Assembly: GCA_963758765.1 (NCBI GenBank)
Contig: CAVWWR010000003.1
Location: 1,046,939 to 1,110,938, forward strand
From: an uncultured Acidimicrobiales bacterium
GTDB taxonomy: Bacteria > Actinomycetota > Acidimicrobiia > Acidimicrobiales > UBA8190
Direction: 5' to 3'
Length of the DNA: 64,000 nucleotides
Each line of letters opens with the position of its first letter. The first letter of the stretch is position 1. A program made the position numbers and the translations under genes. The notes under the pieces were generated by a model. That model searched no databases and was not told the origin of the DNA. It saw only the letters and a list, made by a program, of their open reading frames with translations. Shown here piece by piece: positions 39,453-52,201 of the stretch.

Positions 39453-40589
39453 ATGCGATTCGTCGACGAGTACCGGGACCCCACAGCGGCGAGGGCACTG
39501 GTGGCGCAGATCACGGCGCGCGCCGGGGACCAGCACTTCAAATTCATGGAAGTATGCGGGGGACACACCCACACCATTTACCGCCACGGCATCGAACATG
39601 TACTGCCGGCGACGGTGGAATTGGTGCACGGCCCCGGTTGTCCCGTGTGCGTCATCCCCATGGGTCGAGTGGATGATGCCATCTCGGTGGCTCAGGAGCC
39701 CGGGGTCATCTTCACATCGTTCGGCGACATGATGCGGGTGCCGGGCAGCCGCGGCAACCTGCTGAAGGCCAAGGCCGAAGGAGCCGACGTCCGGATCGTG
39801 TACTCGCCTCTCGACGCGCTGCGGATCGCCGTGGAGAACCCGACGCGCGAGGTCGTGTTCTTCGCGGTGGGTTTCGAGACCACGGCCCCGTCGACAGCGC
39901 TCACACTCCTGCAAGCGCGCCACCGAAATTGTGCGGAACTTTCGGGTCTTCTCCAACCACGTCACGATCGTGCCGCCGCTCAAAGCCATCCTCGAGTCAC
40001 CCGACCTTCGTCTCGACGGCTTTCTCGGCCCAGGTCATGTCTCCACAGTCATCGGTCAGAGGCCGTATCGGTTCGTCCCCGCTCAATATGGCAAGCCGGT
40101 AGTCACGGCCGGCTTCGAGCCACTTGACATCCTGCACGCCATCTCCATGCTTCTGGGCCAGATCCGGGAGGGGCGGTGCGAGGTCGAGAACCAGTACTCC
40201 CGAGTCGTACACGAAGAGGGCAACCCCAGAGCATTGGCCATCCTGGCCGAGGTGTTCGAGTTGCGGCCCCATTTCGAGTGGCGCGGCCTGGGCTTTATCT
40301 CCCAGAGCGCCTTGAAGCTCCGGGCAGAATTCGAGATGTTCGACGCCGAGGTTCACTACCAGCTGCCGGGGGTTCGAGTTGCCGATCCCAAGGCTTGCCA
40401 GTGTGGTGAGGTCCTGAAGGGAGTCATAAAACCCTGGGAGTGCAAGGTGTTTGGCACGGCTTGCACGCCTGAGACCCCCATCGGGACCTGCATGGTCTCT
40501 TCGGAGGGGGCGTGCGCGGCGTACTACAACTTCGGCCGCATGCACCGCGAGGCCGCGGTGACGCTGGGCCGAAGGAGCGTTGTCAACGC

Positions 40590-40593
<4 letters not shown>
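39453..40593 (+). CDS. hypD: hydrogenase maturation protein HypD, apparent frameshift ~39925
   Basis: FMEVCGGHTH, GPGCPVCV and FFAVGFETTAP in ORF 39453... The gene continues in ORF 39931.. with NFRVFSNHVTIVPPL...GFEPLDIL...PGVRVADPKACQCGEVLKG...CTPETPIGTCMVSSEGACAAYY. Confidence 0.9.
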
Positions 40594-42910
<2,317 letters not shown>

Positions 42911-42911
<1 letters not shown>

Positions 42912-43657
42912 TGGCGCTTCTGAGCGCGTTCGCGCAGACCCAGGACACCAGGACGGCTGACGACCTGGCCGTCGCCGCGCTGGCCCTGGCCCGACGGTAC
43001 GCGGCAGGGGCGACGATGTGGTGCGTGGCACCACAGTGGCCGGACCACGGCCGCCACGTGGCGGTGGAATTCGTTCACCCCGTCATCGTCGGCAAGCGGG
43101 CACTGCCTGCTGTGCAAGTCGCGGCGCCAAATGCGGTGGGGGCTCTGCGCCTCCTGGTCCGACCCGGTGACGTCCTGCTCGCCCTGAGCTCGTCCGGCGA
43201 CGCGCGGAGCGCTGACCTGTTGGCTCGGGGTGAGGCCTGGGGACTGACCCGCATCTGGTTGGGGGCCGGTAGCCGCCCCCCGGCCGGTGCCGCTGAGCAC
43301 GTGGTCTGGCTCGAAGGGATCGATCCGAGGTTGGCAGCCCGGTCCGGGGTTCTCGTGCTCCTGTACCACCTGCTCTGGGAGCTGACCCACGTCGTGTTCG
43401 AGCATCCCGGACTGCTCGAATCCGAGCGGGCATCAGCCGACGACGTGTGCATTACCTGCTCCGACGAGGGACGCGTCGCCGAGGTCCAAGCCGTCCGCGA
43501 CGGTGGAGCGGTGGATGTGGTGGTGGCGGGAATTCCGGGAACCGTCGACGCCAGCCTTGTCGACCCGGTCGCTCCCGGTGACCTGGTGCTCGTCCATGCC
43601 GGGGTGGCGCTGACCACGCTCCGAGGTACCACAGCGCCACCCGGAGACGCACCATGA
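42911..43657 (+). CDS. fusion protein: degenerate SIS-like N-terminal domain + HypC/HupF-like C-terminal domain
   Basis: N-terminus: ...VRPGDVLLALSSSGDARSADLLARGEAWGLTRIWLG (SIS-like). C-terminus: CITCSDEGRVAEVQAV...VDASLVDPVAPGDLVLVHAGVAL (HypC-like barrel with an internal Cys). TGATG overlap with hypF. Confidence 0.7.
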
Positions 43658-44310
43658 GCGAGCCGACAGCCTTCCTCTACCCCTTCATCGACCGGGACGA
43701 GAGCGACGCTGGGGCTCTGGTCACCGATCTCTCGTCATCGGCGCGGGCCAAGATGGCCGACAGCAGAGAGCTCCGGACCGCCACTCTCCATCGCTGTGAC
43801 GACGTCCTGGAGCGCGCCGCCACGGCGATGGCGGACCGCTTCCGCTGTGGGGGCCGGCTCTTCGCCTTCGGCAACGGCGGCAGCTCCACCGATGCCGAAG
43901 GGACCGTGGACCTGTTCGCCAACCCCCCGACGGGACGGCCCCTCCCGGCGGTGTCCCTCGTGGACGATCCGGCCGTGCTCACGGCACTTGCCAACGATGT
44001 CGGCTTCGACTTGGTCTTTTCCCGACAGGTCATCGCCCACGCCCAAGGTGGCGACATCGCTGTCGGCTTCTCGACCAGTGGCGACTCGCGCAACGTCCTC
44101 CGGGCCTTTGAGGAGGCATCCCGTCGGCACTTGCTCACCGTGGGACTGTGTGGTTACGAAGGTGGGGAAATGGCCCGCGATGACGCGGTGGACTACTGCC
44201 TGGTCGTGCGATCCGAAAGCGTCCACAGGATCCAGGAGACCCAGAACGCCTTGGCGCTGCACCTGTGGTCCTCGGTTCAGCGTCACCTCGACAGAGAGAG
44301 CACGCCGTGA
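43654..44310 (+). CDS. SIS-domain protein (GmhA / phosphoheptose-isomerase-like) of the hydrogenase cluster
   Basis: GGRLFAFGNGGSSTDAEG...GDIAVGFSTSGDSRNVLRAFEEA...LLTVGLCGYEGG...VHRIQETQNALALHL. ATGA/GTGA overlaps on both sides. Confidence 0.8.
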   Translation: MSEPTAFLYPFIDRDESDAGALVTDLSSSARAKMADSRELRTATLHRCDDVLERAATAMADRFRCGGRLFAFGNGGSSTDAEGTVDLFANPPTGRPLPAVSLVDDPAVLTALANDVGFDLVFSRQVIAHAQGGDIAVGFSTSGDSRNVLRAFEEASRRHLLTVGLCGYEGGEMARDDAVDYCLVVRSESVHRIQETQNALALHLWSSVQRHLDRESTP

Positions 44311-45410
44311 CCGATGTTGCCCACAAGGTGGGCGCTACGGGCCGGGAAGCGGCCGTATTCGATCGTATCGAGGCGTTTCGACGCCGCAAGCCGCGCCTGC
44401 TCGACGAAGTCGTCACGCTGGCGCACGGGGCCGGCGGAAAGGCCTCCGCGGCGTTGCTCGACAGCGTCTTCCTTCCGGCGTTCTCCAACGACGCACTGGC
44501 CGAGCAAACCGACGCCGCCGTCCTCACCCTGGGATCGGGGGATCGCCTGGCATTCAGCACCGATTCCTTCGTCGTAAAGCCGTTGCGCTTTCCGGGCGGG
44601 TCAGTCGGCCACCTGGCCGTGCATGGCACCATCAACGACCTGGCCATGATGGGCGCCCGCCCCCTGGCACTTTCGGCGGCCTTCGTGCTCGAGGAGGGGT
44701 TCTCGATCGAGTCGCTCCGCCAAATCGTGGCCGACATGGCCGAAGCGGCGGCCGTGGCTGGCGTCCCCATCGTGACCGGTGACACCAAGGTGGTCGATCA
44801 TGGTGCCGCCGACGGGCTCTACATCTCGACCTCTGGTGTGGGCGTGCTGCCTGCCGGAAGAGAGCTGACGGCGGCGAGAGTGGCGCCAGGCGACGTGGTG
44901 ATCTCTTCGGGCACCATTGGTGACCACGGCACAGCCGTGATGCTGGCGCGCGGTGACCTGGCGCTCGAGGCCGACATCGTGTCGGATACGGCGCCTCTCC
45001 ATGACCTGATGGAGTGTCTGCTGATGGCCGCTCCCTCGACGCGATGGCTGCGCGACGCCACCAGGGGGGGCGTCGGTACGGTTTGCAACGAGTTGGCACG
45101 CGCCAGTGACCTGACCGTCGTGCTCGAGGAGTCGGCACTTCCGGTTCGGCCGACGGTAGCGGCTGCGTGTGAGCTGCTCGGTATCGACCCGCTGTACGTA
45201 GCCAACGAAGGAAAGTTCGTGGCGGTCGTAGCGCCACAAGAGGCTGACGCGGCGCTGGCTGCGCTCAGAGCCCACCCGCAAGGGCTCGATGCAGTGCCGA
45301 TCGGCGCTATTCGAGCCGAACCCCCCGGTATCGTCGTGCTTCTCACCCTGTTCGGCGGCACTCGAGTCGTCGATATGCTGGTGGGCGACCCACTGCCGCG
45401 GATTTGCTGA
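44307..45410 (+). CDS. hypE: hydrogenase maturation protein HypE (carbamoyl dehydratase)
   Basis: GTG 44307 (GTGA overlap). LAHGAGGKAS, AVHGTINDLAMMGA, TGDTKV, and the diagnostic C-terminus ...GDPLPRIC. Confidence 0.9.
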   Translation: MTDVAHKVGATGREAAVFDRIEAFRRRKPRLLDEVVTLAHGAGGKASAALLDSVFLPAFSNDALAEQTDAAVLTLGSGDRLAFSTDSFVVKPLRFPGGSVGHLAVHGTINDLAMMGARPLALSAAFVLEEGFSIESLRQIVADMAEAAAVAGVPIVTGDTKVVDHGAADGLYISTSGVGVLPAGRELTAARVAPGDVVISSGTIGDHGTAVMLARGDLALEADIVSDTAPLHDLMECLLMAAPSTRWLRDATRGGVGTVCNELARASDLTVVLEESALPVRPTVAAACELLGIDPLYVANEGKFVAVVAPQEADAALAALRAHPQGLDAVPIGAIRAEPPGIVVLLTLFGGTRVVDMLVGDPLPRIC

Positions 45411-45635
45411 GTGACCGACACCGACAGGCACACCTTCGCCATGCCCGCGGCCGCCCCTTGACAAGCCCGAAGCAGAGCTCGCCGCGCCCAGGCAGGCTGG
45501 CCGGGTCGAAAACTGGGGCGAGCTAACCTCTGCGGCTTGGGTTCGTCTCGTCGGTGTCTCGCCGCATCTCGTTCATGAGGGTCAACGGAGCCTTGGTATT
45601 CAGTAGCTGCACGGTGAAGAAGGAGGGCCCGAGGC

Positions 45636-46539
45636 GTGGATGACTCGACGTTGCTGGCCGAGCTCCAGCCCACGGCAGAGCGCCTCGTGGAGCGCCACTT
45701 GGGTATGGCCAAGGAGTGGTTTCCCCATGACCTCGTCGAATGGCGCCCGCCTCCGGTGCCAGGGACCGCCTATGGCCCCCAACCCCTCCCCGAGGGGGTT
45801 GCCAGTGCCCTGTTCGTCAACGTCCTCACCGAGGACAACCTGCCCTACTACTTCGCCTCCATCGACCGCCTGTTCGGCCGCGACGGCGCCTGGGGCTACT
45901 GGACCCGGCGGTGGACGGCCGAGGAGGGGCGGCACTCGATCGTCTTGCGGGACTACCTGATCATGAGCGGGCATATCGACCCCATCGTCTTGGAGCGGGC
46001 CCGCATGGCCCAGGTGACCGGCGGTGTCACCCCTCAACCCACGAGCATCGCCGACGCCTTCGCCTATCTCGCCCTGCAGGAATTGGCTACCCGGATCGCG
46101 CACCACAACACGGGAAAGGCGCTCCCCGACGGCGAGGGATACACGGTCATGAAGCGGGTGGCCGCCGATGAGAACCTCCACTACCTCTTCTATCGGGATG
46201 TGGTGTCAGCGGCGCTGGAGGTCGACCCCTCGGGAATGATCGAGGCCATCAAGCGCCAGGCGTTGAAATTCGAGATGCCCGGTGCCGGCATCGCGGGCTT
46301 CTCCGAGCACGCCAAGGCTATCGCCCGAGCCGGGATCTACGACCTGTCGTTGCACCACGACGCCATCCTCCGTCCCGTGATCATGGGCCACTGGGACGTA
46401 GCGGGAAGACAAGGTCTGACCCCGGCCAGCCCACGCGGCCCGGGACCGGCTGGTGCAGTTCGTCACCCGCATGGGTCGAGCGTCTGCTCGGGTCAAAGAC
46501 CCACGACCAAACTCCGTCGTCGAGGCGGCGCGGCATTAG
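45636..46539 (+). CDS. acyl-ACP desaturase (DesA-type di-iron fatty-acid desaturase), apparent frameshift ~46428
   Basis: Di-iron motifs WTAEEGRH and AADENLH. After ...HWDVAGRQGLTPA the other frame reads AHAARDRLVQFVTRMGRASARV... to TAG 46537-46539. RBS GAAGGAGGG. Confidence 0.8.
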
Positions 46540-46556
46540 GGCGCCAACCCCCGATG

Positions 46557-47282
46557 TCAACCTGCAACGGTGGGCTCGGGCGTCACGGCCCGAGCTCCTG
46601 AGACTCTGCGTCGCTCTCGCCAGAAGGGGGCGTCGAGCAACGTCAAGAGCACGAGGGCGACGCCCGCTGCGCTGGCGACGTACCAAGGCCAGGGGCCGAG
46701 GACCCGCAGTAGGGTCCATTCGCCGGGGGGCGAGCGCAGGAACATGTAGTTGGCTCCGGTGAGCGCGTCCACGATCCCGACCAGCGTGGTGTAGCCGAGG
46801 GTGATGGCGAATACCCGGACCACCGATCGCGGGCGGGGCACGATCCGCATGCCGACCACCAGGAACAGGGCGGCAACCACGATCCCGACATGGCCCACCA
46901 CGTATTGGAAGAACACGAGGTGGGGGAACCCGACGTTGAGGTCCGGGGTGATGACTGCCTGCAGTGTGCCCGCCAGACCCCAGAAGTAGGTCAGCTCGAC
47001 CAGCAGCGTGACACGCCACCAGCACGCCGCCGCCGCCACCAGGACGCCGGCGTCGCACAGCGCCAGGGGCAGCGACGTCTTGGCGGACCAGGTCCCCTGG
47101 AGCGCCAGCCCGATGCTGTAGCTCAGGGCATCGGCGAGGAGCAGGAGGGCGATGACCCGCGCCGTGACGATCCTCCACGCCCCCGGCCGACGCCGCGCCC
47201 CTGCGCACAGCACGACGCAGGCGATCGCACCCAGAGCCACTGTCGACCAGTAGGGGAGAGGTGAGACCGTCGCCAGGGCCAT
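46557..47282 (-). CDS. integral membrane protein (YwaF/TIGR02206-like)
   Basis: 241 aa with about 7 TM segments. LPLALCDAGV...ELTYFWGLAGTLQAVITPD matches that family as recalled. Confidence 0.7.
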   Translation of the reverse strand: MALATVSPLPYWSTVALGAIACVVLCAGARRRPGAWRIVTARVIALLLLADALSYSIGLALQGTWSAKTSLPLALCDAGVLVAAAACWWRVTLLVELTYFWGLAGTLQAVITPDLNVGFPHLVFFQYVVGHVGIVVAALFLVVGMRIVPRPRSVVRVFAITLGYTTLVGIVDALTGANYMFLRSPPGEWTLLRVLGPWPWYVASAAGVALVLLTLLDAPFWRERRRVSGARAVTPEPTVAG

Positions 47283-47382
47283 CGCTCCATCGAAGCAGGA
47301 GGAGGATCATTGTGTCTCGACGCGGCGACCCCGTGGCAGAGTCTTCACACAACGTCTTCGCAACCGATCCGGGAGGAGTTCC

Positions 47383-48084
47383 ATGCAGGCCGCAGACGAA
47401 GGGTGGGAGCGGGCGGTGGCGATCGTGGCCCACCCCGATGATCTGGAGTACGGCGCCGCCAGTGCCGTGGCTCGGTGGACCGCGCAGGGCAAGGAGGTCT
47501 CCTACGTCCTGGCGACCAAAGGCGAGGCCGGGATCGACGGCCTGGCCCCCGATCGCGCCGGTCCCCTTCGTGAGCAGGAGCAGCGTCGGAGTGCCGCCCG
47601 AGTCGGGGTCACCCACGTCGAGTTTCTGGGCCACTCCGACGGGAGCGTGGAGCCCGGCTTGACGCTGCGCCGGGACCTGGCCGGAGCCCTGCGCAGGCTT
47701 CGCCCCGAGGTCGTGTTGACCATGAACTTCGAGCTCACCTGGGGCGAGGGCGGGAGCGTCAACCACGCCGATCACCGGGCGGTCGGGATGACCACGCTCG
47801 ACGCCTGCCGGGACGCCGCCAATCGCTGGATGTTCGAGGAGCTGGGTGACCCCTGGCAGGGAGTCACGGTCGTCTACGTGGCCGGCACGTCGGCACCCAC
47901 GCATTTTGTCGACGTGACGGCGACCATCGACGCCGGTGTGGCCTCATTCCGCGAGCACCAGGCCTACATCGACGGCCTCGGCACCGATTTCGATCCTGAC
48001 GAGTTCCTCCGCAACATCGCCGGGTACGCGGGGATGGCAGCGGGGTGCGAGTACGCCGTGCTCCTCCAGGAGTTCCACGTCTGA
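47383..48084 (+). CDS. PIG-L/LmbE-family N-acetylglucosaminyl deacetylase
   Basis: AIVAHPDDLEYGAAS zinc motif and ...HADHRAVG. Confidence 0.85.
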   Translation: MQAADEGWERAVAIVAHPDDLEYGAASAVARWTAQGKEVSYVLATKGEAGIDGLAPDRAGPLREQEQRRSAARVGVTHVEFLGHSDGSVEPGLTLRRDLAGALRRLRPEVVLTMNFELTWGEGGSVNHADHRAVGMTTLDACRDAANRWMFEELGDPWQGVTVVYVAGTSAPTHFVDVTATIDAGVASFREHQAYIDGLGTDFDPDEFLRNIAGYAGMAAGCEYAVLLQEFHV

Positions 48085-48103
48085 GCCCGGCTCGAGCCGG
48101 GTG

Positions 48104-48943
48104 TCAGGGGCGCCGGACCCTTCCTCGCAGGGCCAACAGTGCCAGCGACAGCGAGATCGACCCGAACACGGCGATGGCCAAAATCGCCTGTCCGAGATAG
48201 GCCAGGTTCCAGGCCGGCTCGGGGCCGGGAACGCCGCCGCCTCCCACGATGAGCGACCGCAGTCCCTGGAGGATGTAGGTCATGGGGTTGTAGTTGGCCA
48301 CTGCGCCCAGCCATCCCTGCAGGTAGGGCTTGGCCACGAAGGTCGTGCTCAAGAAGGTGATGGGGAAGAACAGGATGAAGCTGGCGTTGACCGCCCCCGG
48401 GTTTCCGGTTTTGAGCGCGATGGCGTAGGGCAGGCCCGTGAACACGAGGCCCCAGATTCCCGACAGCACCACGAACACCACGATGCCGAGCACCCCGGCG
48501 TGGAATTGCACACCCAGGGCGAGACCCACGATGACCACCGGCACGGCGAGGGCCATCACGAGGGTGAGGTCGGCGGTCATGAGGCCGAGCAGAAGAGGGA
48601 GGCGTCGGACCGGCGTGATCATGAGGCGGTCGAAGTAGCCGTTCTGGATGTCGGTCACCAGAGCCGATGCTCGCGACACCCCGGTGACGGCGAAGACCAC
48701 GGCCACGGGAAGCTCGAAGGACTTGAAGCTGACATGGGCAGCGTCGTGGGTGATCTTCGAAAGGGCGCCGATGTTGAGGACGTAGAAGAAGATGGGGACG
48801 ATCAAGGCGGGAACAACCGCTTCGGGCTCGCGCGGAATCTGGCGGATGGCTCGACGGGCGACAGAAGCGACGTCGACGAAGAAGCCCGCCGGGCGCGCCT
48901 GGACCCGCAATGCCGTGGTGGGCGCGCTGGCAGTGGTGATCAT
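48104..48943 (-). CDS. ABC-2 type exporter permease
   Basis: 279 aa, 6 TM. ATGA-coupled to the upstream ATPase gene at 48943. Confidence 0.85.
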   Translation of the reverse strand: MITTASAPTTALRVQARPAGFFVDVASVARRAIRQIPREPEAVVPALIVPIFFYVLNIGALSKITHDAAHVSFKSFELPVAVVFAVTGVSRASALVTDIQNGYFDRLMITPVRRLPLLLGLMTADLTLVMALAVPVVIVGLALGVQFHAGVLGIVVFVVLSGIWGLVFTGLPYAIALKTGNPGAVNASFILFFPITFLSTTFVAKPYLQGWLGAVANYNPMTYILQGLRSLIVGGGGVPGPEPAWNLAYLGQAILAIAVFGSISLSLALLALRGRVRRP

Positions 48944-50013
48944 CAGGCCCGCGCTCCCTCCGCCGAAGGTTCGGTCGGCCTGGCGCCGTCGAGCATCTCC
49001 TCGGCCCCCGTGCCCTCATGGCGGGGCCCGGGCTCCAATGGCGCCGAGGGTCGTCCCGGCCCGTCCGAGGACGCCTCGAGGAGATGGGAGCCCGTGAGCT
49101 GGAGAAAGACGTCGTCGAGCGTCGGTGTGCGCAGCGTCAAGCTCGCCACTGTGGTGCCGGCGGCGTGAAGGGCGAGGGCGACGGGGCTCATGACGGTGGC
49201 GCCGTTGTCGGCGTGCACCGTGATCTCGGTGCCCGTCGCCACCACCTCGCCCACTCCGGGGACCGCCTGCAGCGCTTGGAGGGTGGCGTCGGTGAGGTTC
49301 TCCACCTGGGCGACGATGACGTCGGTCCCCACCGTCCGTTTGAGCGCGTCGGGGGTGCCCTCGGCGACGAGGCGACCGCCGGAGATGATGCCGACCCGGT
49401 CGGCCAGCTCGTCGGCCTCCTCCAGGTACTGCGTCGTGAGAAAGATGGTGGTGCCGTGCTGCTCGTTGAGGCTGCGAACCTCGTGCCACACCGCGGCGCG
49501 GCTTTCGGGGTCGAGCCCCGTGGTGGGCTCGTCGAGGAAGAGGATCTCGGGGTCGTGGATGAGTGCCGCCGCCAGGTCGAGCCGCCTCTTCATCCCGCCC
49601 GAGTACGTCTTGATCTGGCGATCGATGGCCGTGCCGATGTCGACGAGACGGAGAACCTGCCCCACTCGCACGGACCGCTCGTTGCGCCGTAGCCCGTAGA
49701 GCCTTCCCTGGAGGTCGAGGAGCTCTCGTCCGGTCTGGCGGTCGTCGAGAGCGGCGTCCTGGAGGGCGACACCGATCCGTAGCCGGACCTGCTCGGGCTC
49801 CCGAGCGACGTCGTGGCCGGCCACCAGCCCCCGCCCCCGCGAGGGCCGCAGCAGGGTGCAGAGCATGCGGACCAGGGTCGATTTGCCGGCGCCGTTGGGG
49901 CCCAGGAAGCCGTAGATCTCGCCCGACGGGATCTCCAGGTCCACGCCCGCCACGGCCCAGAAGTCGCCGAACTGCCTGGCGATGGCCTCGGTGGCGATGG
50001 CCGGCTCGGTCAC
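48943..50013 (-). CDS. ABC transporter ATP-binding protein (DrrA-like)
   Basis: Walker A GPNGAGKST, signature YSGGMKRRL, Walker B ILFLDEPTTGLD. C-terminal extension of about 110 aa. Confidence 0.9.
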   Translation of the reverse strand: MTEPAIATEAIARQFGDFWAVAGVDLEIPSGEIYGFLGPNGAGKSTLVRMLCTLLRPSRGRGLVAGHDVAREPEQVRLRIGVALQDAALDDRQTGRELLDLQGRLYGLRRNERSVRVGQVLRLVDIGTAIDRQIKTYSGGMKRRLDLAAALIHDPEILFLDEPTTGLDPESRAAVWHEVRSLNEQHGTTIFLTTQYLEEADELADRVGIISGGRLVAEGTPDALKRTVGTDVIVAQVENLTDATLQALQAVPGVGEVVATGTEITVHADNGATVMSPVALALHAAGTTVASLTLRTPTLDDVFLQLTGSHLLEASSDGPGRPSAPLEPGPRHEGTGAEEMLDGARPTEPSAEGARA

Positions 50014-50100
50014 GAGCGCTCACGCTACCGGCCGCCACGGCAAGGTCGTGACGCCCGGTCGACGAGGAACCCACGATGTGCCCGGTCCTATGGTGGCGTC

Positions 50101-50914
50101 ATGGCACTGGCCGACTACGCAGACTTCGAGCACCTGGCCTTCGAGCGCCGGCCCGACGGGGTCGTGGTTGTGACCTTGGATCGCCCCGAGGTTCTCAACG
50201 CCGCCAACGTCCGCATGCATCGCGAGATGTCGGAAGTATGGGATGTCATCGACGCTGATCCCAACGCCCGTGTGTCTGTCGTCACCGGAGCCGGTCGCGC
50301 CTTTAGTGCCGGAGGTGATCTGGACATGATCGCCGAGATCACCGAGGACTACGGCGCTCTGCTCGAACAATGGCGCGACGCGCGCGCCATTGTGGAGTGC
50401 ATGCTCAGCGCCGACAAGCCGGTGGTGTCGGCCATCAACGGTGTGGCGGTCGGCGCCGGCTTGGCGGTGGCGCTCATGGCCGACATCAGCATCATGGGGG
50501 AGTCGGCGCGCGTGTCGGATGGACACGTGCGTCTCGGGGTGGCCGCCGGGGACCACGCCGCCTTGCTATGGCCGATCCTGTGCGGGATGGCCAAGGCCAA
50601 GTACTACCTGCTCACTGCTGATTTCGTGTACGGCCCCGAGGCCGAGCGCATCGGGTTAGTGACCAAGTGCGTCCCCGACGACGACGTCCTTCCCGAGGCG
50701 TTGGCGGTGGCAGGCCGGCTGGCGGCGGGGAGCGCCACCGCGGTGCAGTGGACCAGGCGGGTCATGAACCACTGGCTTCGCCAGGCCATGCCCACCTTCG
50801 GGGAGTCGGTCGCTCTCGAGATGTTGGGATTCCTGGGGCCTGATGCGCGACGAAGGTCTGACGGCGGTACGCGAACATCGCGAGCCGAATTTCCCCTCGG
50901 CGCCCAATCCCTAG
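50101..50914 (+). CDS. enoyl-CoA hydratase/isomerase (crotonase) family protein, apparent frameshift ~50848
   Basis: [34 protein letters not shown]...[19 protein letters not shown]. After ...LGFLGPDAR the other frame gives [20 protein letters not shown], the canonical crotonase C-terminus. The rest of the 723-aa listed ORF is spurious. Confidence 0.85.
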
Positions 50915-50976
50915 CACCGCCCGTCATGCCGGCGGAGGGGTCCCGGCTCAGCGCTTCAGAGCGTCCAAAGGCGCGG

Positions 50977-52137
50977 TCACTCGACGGTGACGAGGGTGCC
51001 GATCGGCGTGTAGGGGTACACCACAGCCGCATTGGCGGGTGGCATCTCCACGCATCCGAGGCTCTGGGGGTAGCCGTAGCCCGGCCGGATGAAGCCGTGC
51101 AGAGCGTCCCCACCGTGGAAATAGCTGACCCAGGGCACGCCCGGGTCGGCATAGAGCGTGCCGTCGGGGTTCCTCCCTCGCATCGTGGTGGAGAGGTAGC
51201 GCGCGTACACGGGGTACGTGCCGAGCTCTGTCGGCGCTGCTTCGATGCCGGTATTGGCGCGAGTGCTGTACACAATCTGTCCGTCGCGCCACACGTTGAC
51301 GTGCTCGGGAAGCGATGTCGCCACATCCACCCAGTCGTAGTGCCCGTAGGCGTCGACCTGGTTCGTGGCCACCGCCTGGAGGAGGGCCTGCCACACTTTG
51401 GGACCGGCCACGCCGTCGGTGGCCATGTGCTCCTGGCTCTCGAACGCCATCACCGCGCCTTGGGTGATGGTGTTGAGCTCACCCGGCGACCACAACGCGG
51501 TGAAGTAGCTCGGCATCGTGGACCACCGCCACGCGAACGAGCCCACCTGGGGGGTGGCCGCTTCGACCGGAGCCACGCTGGCGGGATCAGCCGGGGTGAA
51601 GGACACCGGAAGGTAGCCGAGGGTGGCGAGCAGCTGCTGGAGCCGCAGCGTGGACATGGGCGCCACCGTGAATTTCGTGGTGACCGTGTCGGCCAGGCGT
51701 TGCCCCTGGCTTCCCTCCACGCCGTTGGCACCGCCGGGCACCGACACCGACACGGTCGCGCCCGGTGGCAGCGGAGCGGCAGCGTCGAAGGCGAGCGTGT
51801 TCGTCGAGGTCTGCACCCACGAGCCAGGGACGGCGGGATCGAGCGTCGGCATGGGGGTGTTCGGCGCCAGGGGCACGGTGAAGGTCACCCCTACATTGGC
51901 GTCCGAGGGTACGTCGGCAGCGTTGGGTGCTGGCACGCTTGTGACCACAGAGAGAAGGGCAGGCGCCGCCGTCGGTGTGGCTGAGGCGGAAGAGGGGTGG
52001 ACCCGCGTTGCTACCAGGGCGGTCGAGGCGGCGGCGAGCGCGCAGAGCGCGACGATCACCGCGGCAATCAACCAGTGATGCCGAGCGTCGCTCTTCCGGC
52101 GTCGGTGTGCGGCTTCCGGCATGGCAGGCAGCTCCAC
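50977..52137 (-). CDS. L,D-transpeptidase family protein (membrane-anchored)
   Basis: TM anchor (WLIAAVIVALCALAAA), Ig-like region, PG-binding-like LRLQQLLATLGYL. YkuD catalytic region HGGDALHGFIRPGYGYPQSLGCVEM. Confidence 0.8.
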   Translation of the reverse strand: MELPAMPEAAHRRRKSDARHHWLIAAVIVALCALAAASTALVATRVHPSSASATPTAAPALLSVVTSVPAPNAADVPSDANVGVTFTVPLAPNTPMPTLDPAVPGSWVQTSTNTLAFDAAAPLPPGATVSVSVPGGANGVEGSQGQRLADTVTTKFTVAPMSTLRLQQLLATLGYLPVSFTPADPASVAPVEAATPQVGSFAWRWSTMPSYFTALWSPGELNTITQGAVMAFESQEHMATDGVAGPKVWQALLQAVATNQVDAYGHYDWVDVATSLPEHVNVWRDGQIVYSTRANTGIEAAPTELGTYPVYARYLSTTMRGRNPDGTLYADPGVPWVSYFHGGDALHGFIRPGYGYPQSLGCVEMPPANAAVVYPYTPIGTLVTVE

Positions 52138-52201
52138 GATGATTGTACCCGTAGCGGCGGGGTCCAGAACGTCGGACGTGCGAATTTTGTGGCGATTTGT
52201 C

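Noticed and set aside
45411-45635. TTGACA at ~45468 as a -35 promoter element for the desaturase gene.
   Set aside because: No acceptable -10 (TANNNT) lies at 16-19 bp spacing, so a single hexamer match is not sufficient evidence.
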